The notes under the pieces: generated by a model
What the model was told of the DNA's origin: nothing
What the model saw: only the letters and a program-made list of their open reading frames with translations
The model's database searches: none
Source: a virus
Virus record (IMG/VR): IMGVR_UViG_3300037541_000522
Location: 33,812 to 97,811 of that record
Length of the DNA: 64,000 bases
Reading direction: 5' to 3' (one strand)
Made by a program: the position numbers and the translations under genes
Part shown: positions 55,101-64,000 of the stretch, one piece after another
Layout of the letters: each line of letters opens with the position of its first letter
Position numbering within the stretch: the stretch's first letter is position 1

Positions 55101-56816
55101 GAAGTAACTGGTCAAAATGCTTCAGAATATTTAGCAGCTAAAAGATTAGCTAGTGATTTGGGCAGAGTTAGTCAAATAGTTGCTGGTGGTGGAAGAATCA
55201 CTGGCGAACAAGCGACAACTATGGAGCCTGGTGCTGGAAAGTTTGCTTTACAACGAGCTACTAGACAGTCTGGAGAAGATATTGCCAGACAAGGTATACT
55301 AACACAAAAAGAAATTGATAGACTTAATTTAATAGTTGCCTTAGAAAATGAACGTAGAGCTGTCCAAAAAGATACAGAAAGATTAACAGCACAAAGAGTT
55401 GATAATGCTCAAAAAATTATAGGACTACAAAATTATAGTATTACCCTACTTGCAGAAGAGCAGCTTAAAGCCCAACAACAAATTGAACGTCAACGTCAAT
55501 TTGAAACTCAAAAACAAGCTTTTAATGATGTAAATTTTGAAATAACTAAAGATATAAAAAGAGAAGAAAATTTAAGAGGTAAAAATTTAATAGAAGAAGC
55601 AAATATTGTTAAAGCAATAATACAATATAAAAAAGAACAGCTAAAAGAACTAGGAAGACAACAAGGTATAGAACGTAATATATTATTTATTCAAGATGCT
55701 CAACAACAAATTGCCGCAAAAAGTGCTTTAGAAACGTTTCGTAGAACAAGTGCAGCCGAAAGCAGGTCTAGAGTTTTATCAAGTGTAGAAAATGAACTAC
55801 AAACAGAACAACAATTATTAGATATAGCTAATGAACGCGGAAGATTAACTCCAGATCAATATGCACAATCTAAAAAGTCACTTGACTTAAAAATATTAGA
55901 TTTAAATACCACGCGACAACAAGAGCAAGTTCAAAATAAATTAGTAGACGCCGAAACAAAATTAAATGATGAAATTAGTAAAGCTGTACTAGCAGCCACG
56001 GAACAAAACCCAATTACTCCTGAACAATTAGCGCTATGGGCAGAAAGAAGATCAGTAATTGAACAAACAGCTAATGATGAACTATTAGCAGATAAAAAAA
56101 TTGCAGAATCAAAAAGACTTCTTATAACTCTACAATATGATTTAACTGATCGACAAAAAGCCTATACTGATATATTTAAAAATAGTTTTAATAGTTTAGC
56201 AGATGCAATGGTAAATTGGATGCAAACCGGTAAATTGGCAGGTAAAGAGCTATTTAATAGTTTGATTGCTGACCTAACTCGTTATGAACTTAAACTACAA
56301 ATGATGGAAGTGTATAAAGCAGCAAGACCTGGACTTCTTAGTTTGCTTACCCCTAGTTTTAATAATCAACCAGGGGTTCCTACAACTACACCCGATTTTG
56401 AAGGAGCAGGATTTTTTCTTAATCAAGCTAAAGGTGGAGCTTTTGATTTGGGTATTAAAACGTATGCCAAAGGCGGCATGTTTACTAACTCAATAGTAAA
56501 TCAACCTACACTATTTAAATTTGCACGTGGAACAGGCCTAATGGGCGAAGCAGGGCCAGAGGCCATAATGCCCCTAAAGCGTGATAGTCAAGGTAATCTA
56601 GGAGTTAGTGGCGGTGGTCAAAAAACTGAAGTAGTTATCAACAATTATAGCAATCAACCAGCAACCACACAAGAAACCACAGATAGTCGTGGTAATAGAA
56701 AAATAGAAGTAGTAATTGGTGAAATGACTGCTGGCGAGTTTCAAAGAAGCGGCAGCACTTCACAAAGAGCTATGAGAAGTACTTTTGGGCTTGCGCCTCA
56801 GCTAATTAGGAGATAA
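52101..56816 (+). CDS. tape measure protein
   Basis: 1571 aa helical; T5 pb2-like N-terminus (ARDFANQAQGLGG, ELLDELGI); lambda-like C-terminus (MGEAGPEAIMPL). Confidence 0.92.
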   Translation: MAGNTINLQLKLNSNIKDETRDARAFHNEIKAAAAASQNIEYGRARGAMGSTGASARDFANQAQGLGGLVRIYATVAANSFAAISAFNALKQAADTTTLKQGLDQLGAASGIALGALADGFVKATDGAISFREAAQAAAKATSAGLSSRQFLQIGDVAKKASQALGIDLNDAVNRLTRGITKLEPELLDELGIYTKIGPAVEEYARKIGKAEASLTDFERRQAFAIAVLDEGNKKFGEIDIPANPYQQLEASIRNLTQAGLELVNKFLLPIADVFAKSSTLLTVALGAIAIKLTQMAIPALTSWRSELLESAKVAKDKSQQINEAFGERFVDRINASFKVPELKQNLTNVEQQYQKSREQLLNIDKDYAEKRRSAVYKAARDPGALGSMNDAALSKLSGQVQKEITAQNKLGTDAAKLQVIALQEYKQAILQVLQARKSLTIAEAGALKQAEAGPKTFAEWQREQISRKAGARAERLGILAAIGENVEVLGFTEALKKMNEEIKKSRDMNGLDKLRTRIQGTFTAGITAVSIFLRSIGTIGQVIAAAAAAFAAFDSYMSRNTKQVQLFNEEIEKNTKVVENSQRMLKLYVGSITTDSLSAVSTSLGELIDGVDALTKKLQDTLTNQGWWDSLKQSVLGFFGEGVQADFATQIANNWTQQIASIPESEAKEAVKEKLRSILNITDLTSENIRRAVAGSKSPTQIVTSGQGEIGSAAAEVRRAGGAANATRESINNLTKASQELQNTFADTSPLTKFADALIKSSFDILESLKDMRSGIAAFKEILAKPAAFAMLEMGDIKQFQDIVKAQENLLKAERERATLQNDLSVLQPQITTGLAATRGTFFGRQQLQQAELLPGQRNIKAVSRLILKREDIEERIRELDTKISEAADKGTATAFEAIRKVFVDNIIKGFDLLNKATEIAKRQGVIQVGQAIISGISGPGSAAVASSLKQKELDLQLQQINTMSNLADQLLLNTLAVERATAARQAEELGRTANNFGFEVTGQNASEYLAAKRLASDLGRVSQIVAGGGRITGEQATTMEPGAGKFALQRATRQSGEDIARQGILTQKEIDRLNLIVALENERRAVQKDTERLTAQRVDNAQKIIGLQNYSITLLAEEQLKAQQQIERQRQFETQKQAFNDVNFEITKDIKREENLRGKNLIEEANIVKAIIQYKKEQLKELGRQQGIERNILFIQDAQQQIAAKSALETFRRTSAAESRSRVLSSVENELQTEQQLLDIANERGRLTPDQYAQSKKSLDLKILDLNTTRQQEQVQNKLVDAETKLNDEISKAVLAATEQNPITPEQLALWAERRSVIEQTANDELLADKKIAESKRLLITLQYDLTDRQKAYTDIFKNSFNSLADAMVNWMQTGKLAGKELFNSLIADLTRYELKLQMMEVYKAARPGLLSLLTPSFNNQPGVPTTTPDFEGAGFFLNQAKGGAFDLGIKTYAKGGMFTNSIVNQPTLFKFARGTGLMGEAGPEAIMPLKRDSQGNLGVSGGGQKTEVVINNYSNQPATTQETTDSRGNRKIEVVIGEMTAGEFQRSGSTSQRAMRSTFGLAPQLIRR

Positions 56817-56818
56817 AT

Positions 56819-57184
56819 ATGGCATATACCTATACTTGGCCGGCTTGGTTACCGCAAGTTCCACAAAAAGGCTTTACCGAAACTGGTGGCGTAAATATTA
56901 TTAGAACTCCAACCGACGCTGGTCCTGCTAAACAGCGTCGCAGGGGTAAAAGGCCTAGTACACTAAATCTTACTTTTATAATGACTACTGCTCAAACTAC
57001 TCAACTTGAAAGTTTTGTAGATTATACTATTAACGGTACAGCTCGTTTTGGATATCTACACCCTAGAACTAATCAAATTATAGAAGCCCGAATAGTACCT
57101 ACTCAAGATGGTCAGTTATACACTTATACCTATCTTGCTCCAGGCTACTGGACAGTTGCACTAACTTTTGAAGTATTGCCATGA
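56819..57184 (+). CDS. distal tail/minor tail protein
   Basis: WP..LP, IRTPTDAGPAKQRRR; position after the tape measure. Confidence 0.75.
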   Translation: MAYTYTWPAWLPQVPQKGFTETGGVNIIRTPTDAGPAKQRRRGKRPSTLNLTFIMTTAQTTQLESFVDYTINGTARFGYLHPRTNQIIEARIVPTQDGQLYTYTYLAPGYWTVALTFEVLP

Positions 57185-57702
57185 GTAGATTAACAACAAT
57201 GAGTGCAGGTGCTTTACAAGCAGTATTTGCACAAGAAACAGAAAATGATTTAATATTGTTAGTTACTATATACGATCCACTAAATCCAACACAAGTAGTT
57301 TTGCGAATTTGTGATGGATTTACAGGACGCATATCAGAAACTGCAGATGAAGTAACTTACGGTGTTCCTAGTAGGGGGTTTAATTATACGTTCTTACCCG
57401 TGGATATTACCCTACCAGACGAAGCTGAAAATTCAGCACCACAATGTTCTATTACATTTTATGATGTAACACAGTATGTAATGCCAATTGCTCGTAGTAT
57501 TAGTGGCAGACCGAAGGTTAAATTAGAACTAGTATTAACTTCTACCCCTGACGTAGTAGAGGCTAGTTTTACCGGATTTTATATTACTAGTTTTACTTAT
57601 AATGCAGATAGAGTTACTGCAACTTTATCTATGGTAAACTATGAACTAGAACCCTTTCCACAATACTCATTTACACCAGTATATTTTCCAGGATTATTCT
57701 AA
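57181..57702 (+). CDS. DUF1833 (gpL-like) tail tip protein
   Basis: AVFAQET, FLPVDITLP, FTPVYFPGLF. Confidence 0.8.
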   Translation: MSRLTTMSAGALQAVFAQETENDLILLVTIYDPLNPTQVVLRICDGFTGRISETADEVTYGVPSRGFNYTFLPVDITLPDEAENSAPQCSITFYDVTQYVMPIARSISGRPKVKLELVLTSTPDVVEASFTGFYITSFTYNADRVTATLSMVNYELEPFPQYSFTPVYFPGLF

Positions 57703-60700
57703 TGTGGGCAAATAAATACATAGGCATACCTTTTAAAAGCAATGGGCGAGACTGGCACGGCGTAGATTGCTGGGGACTGGCACGCCTAGTGTATAAGGAA
57801 GAATTTGGTATTGAACTACCTAGTTTTACTGAACAGTATTACATAACTGATACACCCAGAATTGAAGAGCTAATAAATCAGTACAAAGAAGGTTGGGTAC
57901 CTGTACAGGAACCAAAATGCGGTGACTTAATCTTATTTAGAATTTTTGGAAGTGCTAGTCATGTAGGTATACTAGTAGATGAAGGCAGATTTATACATAG
58001 CCGACATGGCTATGATGTAGCTATTGCTGAGTTAAATAGTACTCGCTGGCAACACAGAGTATTAGGGTACTTTAGATATGATTCAAATATTGCAGAAAAA
58101 TTAAATGAACTACCCCCTGTACTAGAAACTAAAGTATTAACCGTTAGTGTTAATACACTAGATGAAGCATATGCCGATTTATCTAAACAGTTTGATATTG
58201 CCAATACCAATTCTGTTGTTTTATTATTAAATAATCATATAATACCAAAAGAATATTGGCCAATTACAAAATTACAGCCAAACGATATAGTTAGTTATAG
58301 ACAAGTTGCCGGGGATGACGGTATGGTTCGTATGGCATTAGTTTTTGCCGTAGTTATAGCAGCACCATACCTAGCAAATTTTGCTGCAGGTGGTAGTATT
58401 GGTATTGCTGCAGGTGCTTCAGGTGCAGCAATTACTGGGGCAACTGCAGCTTTAGCTACAGCTGCAGTAAGTACTGTAGGTATGTTATTAGTAAATGCTA
58501 TATTTCCTGTAAGACCACCCGCTGGTCCACAGGACCCAGGATCTACAGAAGCTCAACTAATGATAAATGGAGTAGCAAATAGAGCAACACCATATGAAGC
58601 TATACCCGTTGTCTTAGGCACTGTAAGAATTACTCCTCCATTAGCTGCTGAGAATTATATTACTTATCCTGAAGAGCGTAATTCTTATTTAACCACCGCA
58701 GTAGTGTGGGGATTTGGTCCACTTCAAATTACTAATCAAAAAATTGGCGATGTTGATATTAATAATTATATTATACAACAAGGAGCCACTTTAAATGGTT
58801 ATGATGATACTTTTGCAGGAATAGCTTTATTTAATAGTATTTATGCAAGAGATGTTGAGCAAGATACAGTAAATGTTTTATTAGTATGTGACGGCCCCGC
58901 AGAGCCTACAGTAACTGGCGGTGAAATTATAGGGTATCACCAACAGGACTTTTATGATACAGAAACTGGAAATTTTTGGAGTTATAATGACTATGAACGT
59001 CCTATACTAAGCCCAACTACTACAGTATTTGGAACACCTGGTCCTTGGGTTTCTGCAAGTTCTACTCAAACTGCTACAGAACTTACCCTTGCTTTTCATA
59101 TGCCACAAGGTATGAGAAAGATTTTAACCACTAATGGAACTACGTCTAGCCATTCAGTGTATATAGAAACACAGTATAAGCACGATCCAAACAGTAATGT
59201 ATGGATTCCTTGGGAAAAATTTACAATATCAGGTGATAAAAAAGATGCTTATACAATTACTAGAACCAAAACTTTTTCTACATCGCAATTAATTCAAGTA
59301 CAAGTACGTAGAATAAGTGGAGATAATGTTGATGACGATCCAAATTATCGTTACATGCATGATGTAGTATTTTTAAGCGCAACTTATACTAGTAATAGAT
59401 TTCCAATGAAACTCCCCAAGGATTGCACTTTAGCTAAAAGTGCATACAGTATAAAAGCGGAAGGACAGCTAAGCAATCAATTAGAAGGTATAAATGCACT
59501 AGTATCTAGTAGATGCAAACCTCTTGGTACATTAGATGGTAATGGCAATATAACAATTAATTCAACTCCAGGTACAACCTTTACCGAAGTAACCAATAAT
59601 CCTGCTAGTTTATTTTTTCATGTATTAACTCACCCTGCAAATCCTCAAAGAATACTAGATACCGAAATTGCTGAAAAAATAAATATACCACAATTACAAT
59701 ATTGGTATAATTATTGTAATACTTCGCGAACAATAACTTATACTAGACCAAATTCAACACAAGTAACTAAAACTTATAAGTATACATATAATGCTGTAGT
59801 AGGTAACCAGCGAAGTATACTAGACGTTTTACGCGATATTTGTGCAGCAGGCAGAGCTAGTCCGGCACTAATTGACGGTAAGTGGACAGTTGTAATAGAT
59901 GAACCTAAAACTACTATTGTTCAACATTTTACTACACATAATAGTTGGGGATTCGAAGGTGTACGTGGGCTGGCAAAAGAACCAGATGGATTAAAAGTAA
60001 GTTTTTATGATGAAGAACAAAATTATCAACAAGTAGAAACAATTGTTTATAATAGCGACAAAACCGAACAAAATGCAGAACTTTTTGAAAGTATTACATT
60101 ACCTGGTATAACCAATGAAGCCATAGTAGTAGATCATGCTAAATGGCACTTTGCACAAGCTAAACTACGCAGAGAAGTTTATAGTTTAAATGCAGATTTA
60201 GAATACTTAGTATGTAACAGAGGGGATAGAGTAAAAGTTACTCATGATGTGCCTGCTTGGGGCTTAGCTTCAGGCAGAGTAAAAAACTTTTATATTACAA
60301 ATACTAGTTATACTCTTGTAGAATTAACAGAAAACGTACCCATAAGTAATGGCAAAATATATACAATTAGATTTAGAGGAAAAACAGGACAAAGTACAAC
60401 ATCTCAAGTAAAAACTACTTTTGTATTTACAGGTTTTACCAGACAAAATAATGTATTAACTATAAACTTAAGCCCTACTATAACTGGTGGAACAATACCT
60501 TTTGATGAAACAAATATTATTAGTATTAGTTCTCAAAACTATCCAGCCATTGCAGCTACTAATATACCTGTAACCATTAATAGAACAAATAATACTATTA
60601 GTTATCCAAATGTAGGAATTGATGAAACAGTTACTAATGCTATAGGAATCATAACTCTACAATCCGGAATGTATAGATTTGTACATTTGTTAAATCCTAT

Positions 60701-61658
60701 AAGTACTGAGACCCCCGGAATGCCTGGCATAAGAAATTCAACATTGCTAGACTACGATAATTTATTTATGTTTGGTGAACTAAATAAAGAAAGTCAAGAT
60801 TTACTTGTAATTAGTATAGAGCCTAGCACAAATAAAACTGCTAAACTTACCCTAATGGACTACGGAGTTACAGATTCTTATAATATTTTTACAGACTACA
60901 AAAATTTAACCTCTAGTATTATATTTGAAACTCAAATAACCTTACCTCCAGCAAGATTAATAAATAGTTTTACCAATAATCAAACTCCTATAGTAACTCA
61001 AATTTATAGCGATGAACGAGCAGTAGATATAATATCTCCTGGAGTTAATAAGTATAATATAAAAATATCTTATGCAACAGTTGATGATATTCCGGTAACT
61101 ACAAAATTTGTTCAGTGTGAATATAAATACGCAACAGTTGCAGATATAGATAATAGTAATACTAAAGTAATTAATTCTGAATTTACTTCTGGAACTATTA
61201 CTATAAGCGATGTAATAGCTGGAGAAAGTTATAAATATAGATTAAGATATTTAACTAGTGATACTATAGTAGGGCCTTGGACCGCTTGGGCTACTCATCA
61301 AGTAGCTGGTTTAACAATAAACCGTGCTTTAGTTTCTAGTATATCAGTAAAACGCTTGGGCAAAGTCCTTAGAGTAACTACTGTAGTAGGAATTTTACCA
61401 AATGATTTTAAATACTTTAAAATTAAAATATTTAAAAATACTGGAACTGGAGACTTTTGGTCTACTACGGATGCTAGTATAATAACTCTAAATACTTCTG
61501 CAACCTATGTTGATGTAAATCTACTGGATTTTGCAAGTCCAAGAATTAGTGCTTCAGGAATTAAATATAGAATTGCATGCAGAATGGTCGATGCCGCAGG
61601 AAATGAAAGTTTGGTAAGCGCATTAACTGATATTACATTAACAACAATATCACCTTAG
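57702..61658 (+). CDS. tail tip protein: NlpC/P60 fused to gpI/gpJ-like central tail protein
   Basis: GRDWHGVDCWGL...HVGI...FIH NlpC/P60; NRATPYEAIPVVLG; NNPA; RGDRVKVTHD; FN3-like C-terminus. Confidence 0.85.
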   Translation: MWANKYIGIPFKSNGRDWHGVDCWGLARLVYKEEFGIELPSFTEQYYITDTPRIEELINQYKEGWVPVQEPKCGDLILFRIFGSASHVGILVDEGRFIHSRHGYDVAIAELNSTRWQHRVLGYFRYDSNIAEKLNELPPVLETKVLTVSVNTLDEAYADLSKQFDIANTNSVVLLLNNHIIPKEYWPITKLQPNDIVSYRQVAGDDGMVRMALVFAVVIAAPYLANFAAGGSIGIAAGASGAAITGATAALATAAVSTVGMLLVNAIFPVRPPAGPQDPGSTEAQLMINGVANRATPYEAIPVVLGTVRITPPLAAENYITYPEERNSYLTTAVVWGFGPLQITNQKIGDVDINNYIIQQGATLNGYDDTFAGIALFNSIYARDVEQDTVNVLLVCDGPAEPTVTGGEIIGYHQQDFYDTETGNFWSYNDYERPILSPTTTVFGTPGPWVSASSTQTATELTLAFHMPQGMRKILTTNGTTSSHSVYIETQYKHDPNSNVWIPWEKFTISGDKKDAYTITRTKTFSTSQLIQVQVRRISGDNVDDDPNYRYMHDVVFLSATYTSNRFPMKLPKDCTLAKSAYSIKAEGQLSNQLEGINALVSSRCKPLGTLDGNGNITINSTPGTTFTEVTNNPASLFFHVLTHPANPQRILDTEIAEKINIPQLQYWYNYCNTSRTITYTRPNSTQVTKTYKYTYNAVVGNQRSILDVLRDICAAGRASPALIDGKWTVVIDEPKTTIVQHFTTHNSWGFEGVRGLAKEPDGLKVSFYDEEQNYQQVETIVYNSDKTEQNAELFESITLPGITNEAIVVDHAKWHFAQAKLRREVYSLNADLEYLVCNRGDRVKVTHDVPAWGLASGRVKNFYITNTSYTLVELTENVPISNGKIYTIRFRGKTGQSTTSQVKTTFVFTGFTRQNNVLTINLSPTITGGTIPFDETNIISISSQNYPAIAATNIPVTINRTNNTISYPNVGIDETVTNAIGIITLQSGMYRFVHLLNPISTETPGMPGIRNSTLLDYDNLFMFGELNKESQDLLVISIEPSTNKTAKLTLMDYGVTDSYNIFTDYKNLTSSIIFETQITLPPARLINSFTNNQTPIVTQIYSDERAVDIISPGVNKYNIKISYATVDDIPVTTKFVQCEYKYATVADIDNSNTKVINSEFTSGTITISDVIAGESYKYRLRYLTSDTIVGPWTAWATHQVAGLTINRALVSSISVKRLGKVLRVTTVVGILPNDFKYFKIKIFKNTGTGDFWSTTDASIITLNTSATYVDVNLLDFASPRISASGIKYRIACRMVDAAGNESLVSALTDITLTTISP

Positions 61659-61666
61659 GTGTATAC

Positions 61667-64000
61667 ATGTCAGCACAATTATTTTCAGCAGTTAAAGGAC
61701 TACAGCTAGTTGTAAGCTCTCCTGTAGATAGCGACGGCAGTCCACGCGACGACCTAATAGGCATTAAAGTATGGTATAGTATAACAAATGCTAATTTTGA
61801 TCCAACTATACCAGGCCAAGCCACTTTAGCATATAGTGGCGATGGTCTTAATGTGTTTATTCCTGATCTTACACCAAGTATTACATACTATGTAAAATAT
61901 GCACTAATATCCTTTTTAGATACTGATAACTATGCTATTTCTAATGCGTTAACTGGTACTCCTACAATAGGTCCAGCTACAGTTGCATTAACTACGACTG
62001 CTCAAGCATTTGCTTATGCTAGTGATGGAACTACTCCTACACCAGCTAATGCTACTATAACCGCTACAGCACAAAATACTACTGGAACAGTATATTTTGA
62101 GTTTATACTAGCAGGAACTACAGTACAAAATACTACTAGTAATACTTATACATATTCTCCACAAGCTAATTACGGTTCAATGCCTCAACAAATAGTAGTT
62201 AAAGTACGAGAAGGAACCAATAATAGTACAGTATTAGCACAAGATACACTATCGTTGTTTGGTATTAAACCCGGTACTAATTCTATCTCCGGATTCTTAA
62301 CTAATGAAGCAGCTGTAGTAGCAGCAGCTAATGACGGTACTGTAACTAGCTTTATAGGTACTGAAGGTACATTTAAAGTATACAATGGTACTACAGACGT
62401 TACTACTGCTAGTACTGCATTTAGCGTTGTAGGTACACCTACTGGTATTACTATAGCTATTAATAGTATTGGTGCATATAGTATTAGTGCATTATCTGTA
62501 GATAGTACTACAGCCACACTAAGAGCAGTATATAATAATGTAACTATTGATAAAGTTTATAGTATTTCAAAAAGTAAGACCGGAGCACAAGGAGCACAAG
62601 GACCTGAAGGAGTTAGAGGTAGTGTAAATAAATATTTAGATATAACACCCGGTACTACATGGAGTGACACTAGTGCAAATAATTATTTTACTACTACTTA
62701 TGGTACAAAAATATTAAATGATACACTTACTGAGTTTAATCCAACTCAAAATTTTTCGCAAACTAGATTTTGGAATGGTTCAGAATGGGCAGTAGTAACT
62801 CAAGTAATAGATGGTAATTTAGTAGTTAGTGGAACTATAGGTGCAGCTAAAATTAGTGCTAACGCTGTTACTGCTGATAAAATAGCCGCTGGTAGTATTA
62901 CAGCTGATAAATTATCCGCTACTACAGCATTAGTTAATCAATCACTAACAGTAGGTAATCCAGTAGTAACAGACACAACTATTACATCAGGTAGTGGAGC
63001 CGTTATTACTGGAGGAAGTAGTAATGCTAGCAATACTGTAGCTTTTGGCAATAGTACTGCTAATATTGTAGTAAAAGATGGAGTTATTGCTCTTAATGGA
63101 GATATAGTAGGTACAAGTAATATTAAAACAAATGCAATTACTAGTGAAAAAATAGTTTCTGATGCCATTACTAGTGAAAAAATAGTTTCTGATGCCATTA
63201 CTAGTGTAAAAATAGCTACTGATGCTATTACTAGTGTAAAAATAGCTACTGATGCTATTACTAGTGTAAAAATAGCTACTGATGCTATTACTAGTGTAAA
63301 AATAGCCAATGATGCTGTTACTGCTGATAAAATTATTACTAATGCTGTTACCGCTGATAAAATCAATGCTAACGCTGTTACTGCTGCTAAAATAGAGGCT
63401 AATGCTGTTACTGCTGCTAAAATAGAGGCTAATGCTGTTACTGCTGATAAAATCAATGCTAACGCTGTTACCGCTGATAAAATTAGTGCTAACGCTGTTA
63501 CTGCTGATAAAATCAATGCTAACGCTGTTACCGCTGATAAAATCAATGCTAATGCTGTTACCGCTGATAAAATCAATGCTAATGCTGTTACTGCTGCTAA
63601 AATAGAGGCTAATGCTGTTACTGCTGATAAAATTAGTGCTAACGCTGTTACCGCTGATAAAATTAGTGCTAATGCTGTTACCGCTGATAAAATTAGTGCT
63701 AATGCTGTTACAGCCGATAAATTAAGTAGCAATACTGTACTGGTAAATCAATCACTAACAGTAGGTAATCCAGTAGTAACAGACACAACTATTACATCAG
63801 GTAGTGGAGCCGTTATTACTGGAGGAAGTAGTAATGCTAGCAATACTGTAGCTTTTGGCAATAGTACTGCTAATATTGTAGTAAAAGATGGAGTTATTGC
63901 TCTTAATGGAGATATAGTAGGTACAAGTAATATTAAAACAAATGCAATTACTAGTGAAAAAATAGTTTCTGATGCCATTACTAGTGAAAAAATAGTTTCT
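61667..64000 (+). CDS. tail fibre/spike with 10-aa repeats (runs off the window edge)
   Basis: ATG at 61667 (MSAQLFSAVKGL); IDGNLVVSGTIGAAKI followed by NAVTADKISA-type repeats. Confidence 0.8.
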   Translation, partial: MSAQLFSAVKGLQLVVSSPVDSDGSPRDDLIGIKVWYSITNANFDPTIPGQATLAYSGDGLNVFIPDLTPSITYYVKYALISFLDTDNYAISNALTGTPTIGPATVALTTTAQAFAYASDGTTPTPANATITATAQNTTGTVYFEFILAGTTVQNTTSNTYTYSPQANYGSMPQQIVVKVREGTNNSTVLAQDTLSLFGIKPGTNSISGFLTNEAAVVAAANDGTVTSFIGTEGTFKVYNGTTDVTTASTAFSVVGTPTGITIAINSIGAYSISALSVDSTTATLRAVYNNVTIDKVYSISKSKTGAQGAQGPEGVRGSVNKYLDITPGTTWSDTSANNYFTTTYGTKILNDTLTEFNPTQNFSQTRFWNGSEWAVVTQVIDGNLVVSGTIGAAKISANAVTADKIAAGSITADKLSATTALVNQSLTVGNPVVTDTTITSGSGAVITGGSSNASNTVAFGNSTANIVVKDGVIALNGDIVGTSNIKTNAITSEKIVSDAITSEKIVSDAITSVKIATDAITSVKIATDAITSVKIATDAITSVKIANDAVTADKIITNAVTADKINANAVTAAKIEANAVTAAKIEANAVTADKINANAVTADKISANAVTADKINANAVTADKINANAVTADKINANAVTAAKIEANAVTADKISANAVTADKISANAVTADKISANAVTADKLSSNTVLVNQSLTVGNPVVTDTTITSGSGAVITGGSSNASNTVAFGNSTANIVVKDGVIALNGDIVGTSNIKTNAITSEKIVSDAITSEKIVS
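62936..64000 (+). repeat. long direct repeat (62936-63190 = 63746-64000)
   Basis: At least 255 nt apparently identical, offset 810 nt (in frame). Confidence 0.9.
63131..63722 (+). repeat. 30-nt tandem coding repeats
   Basis: About 20 units of (D/N)A(I/V)T(S/A)(E/V/D/A)KIxx. Confidence 0.9.

Noticed and set aside
62938-63732. 264-aa minus-strand hydrophobic repeat ORF
   Set aside because: Antisense shadow of the plus-strand fibre repeats

Overview
A 64-kb piece of a T5-like lytic siphophage genome (Demerecviridae-type gene order). The host is probably a betaproteobacterium, inferred only weakly from the tmRNA tag ANDETFALAA and motif types. Layout: (1) 1-12 kb, minus-strand T5-type replication module (D11, D10 helicase, family A DNA polymerase, primase, DnaB helicase, D5, split NAD ligase, D2, D3). 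(2) 12-28 kb, minus-strand tRNA region with 19 tRNA genes, a circularly permuted (two-piece) tmRNA, several candidate structured ncRNAs, auxiliary genes (Hsp20, C5-MTase, UvsE, phosphoesterases, DUF5664) and a collagen/BclA-like fibre cassette. (3) 28-35 kb, plus-strand early genes (SleB, ThyX, many small ORFs). (4) about 35-41.6 kb, a probable terminal-repeat/pre-early (first-step-transfer) region with A2-like paralogs and no recognisable A1; its intergenic spacers are built from a repeated promoter-palindrome module carrying near-consensus binding sites for host proteins (sigma54, Fur, Zur, ParB/parS, OmpR-type). (5) 41.7-64 kb, plus-strand virion module (TerS, TerL, HNH nickase, portal, fused protease-capsid, tail tube, frameshifted chaperones, tape measure, lambda-like tail tip, repeat-rich fibre). 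The strongest novelty candidates are the host-operator array in the first-injected DNA, the permuted phage tmRNA, a long-variable-arm tRNA(UAU), and the stem-enclosed ncRNAs between tRNAs. All family calls come from recalled motifs; no database was searched.
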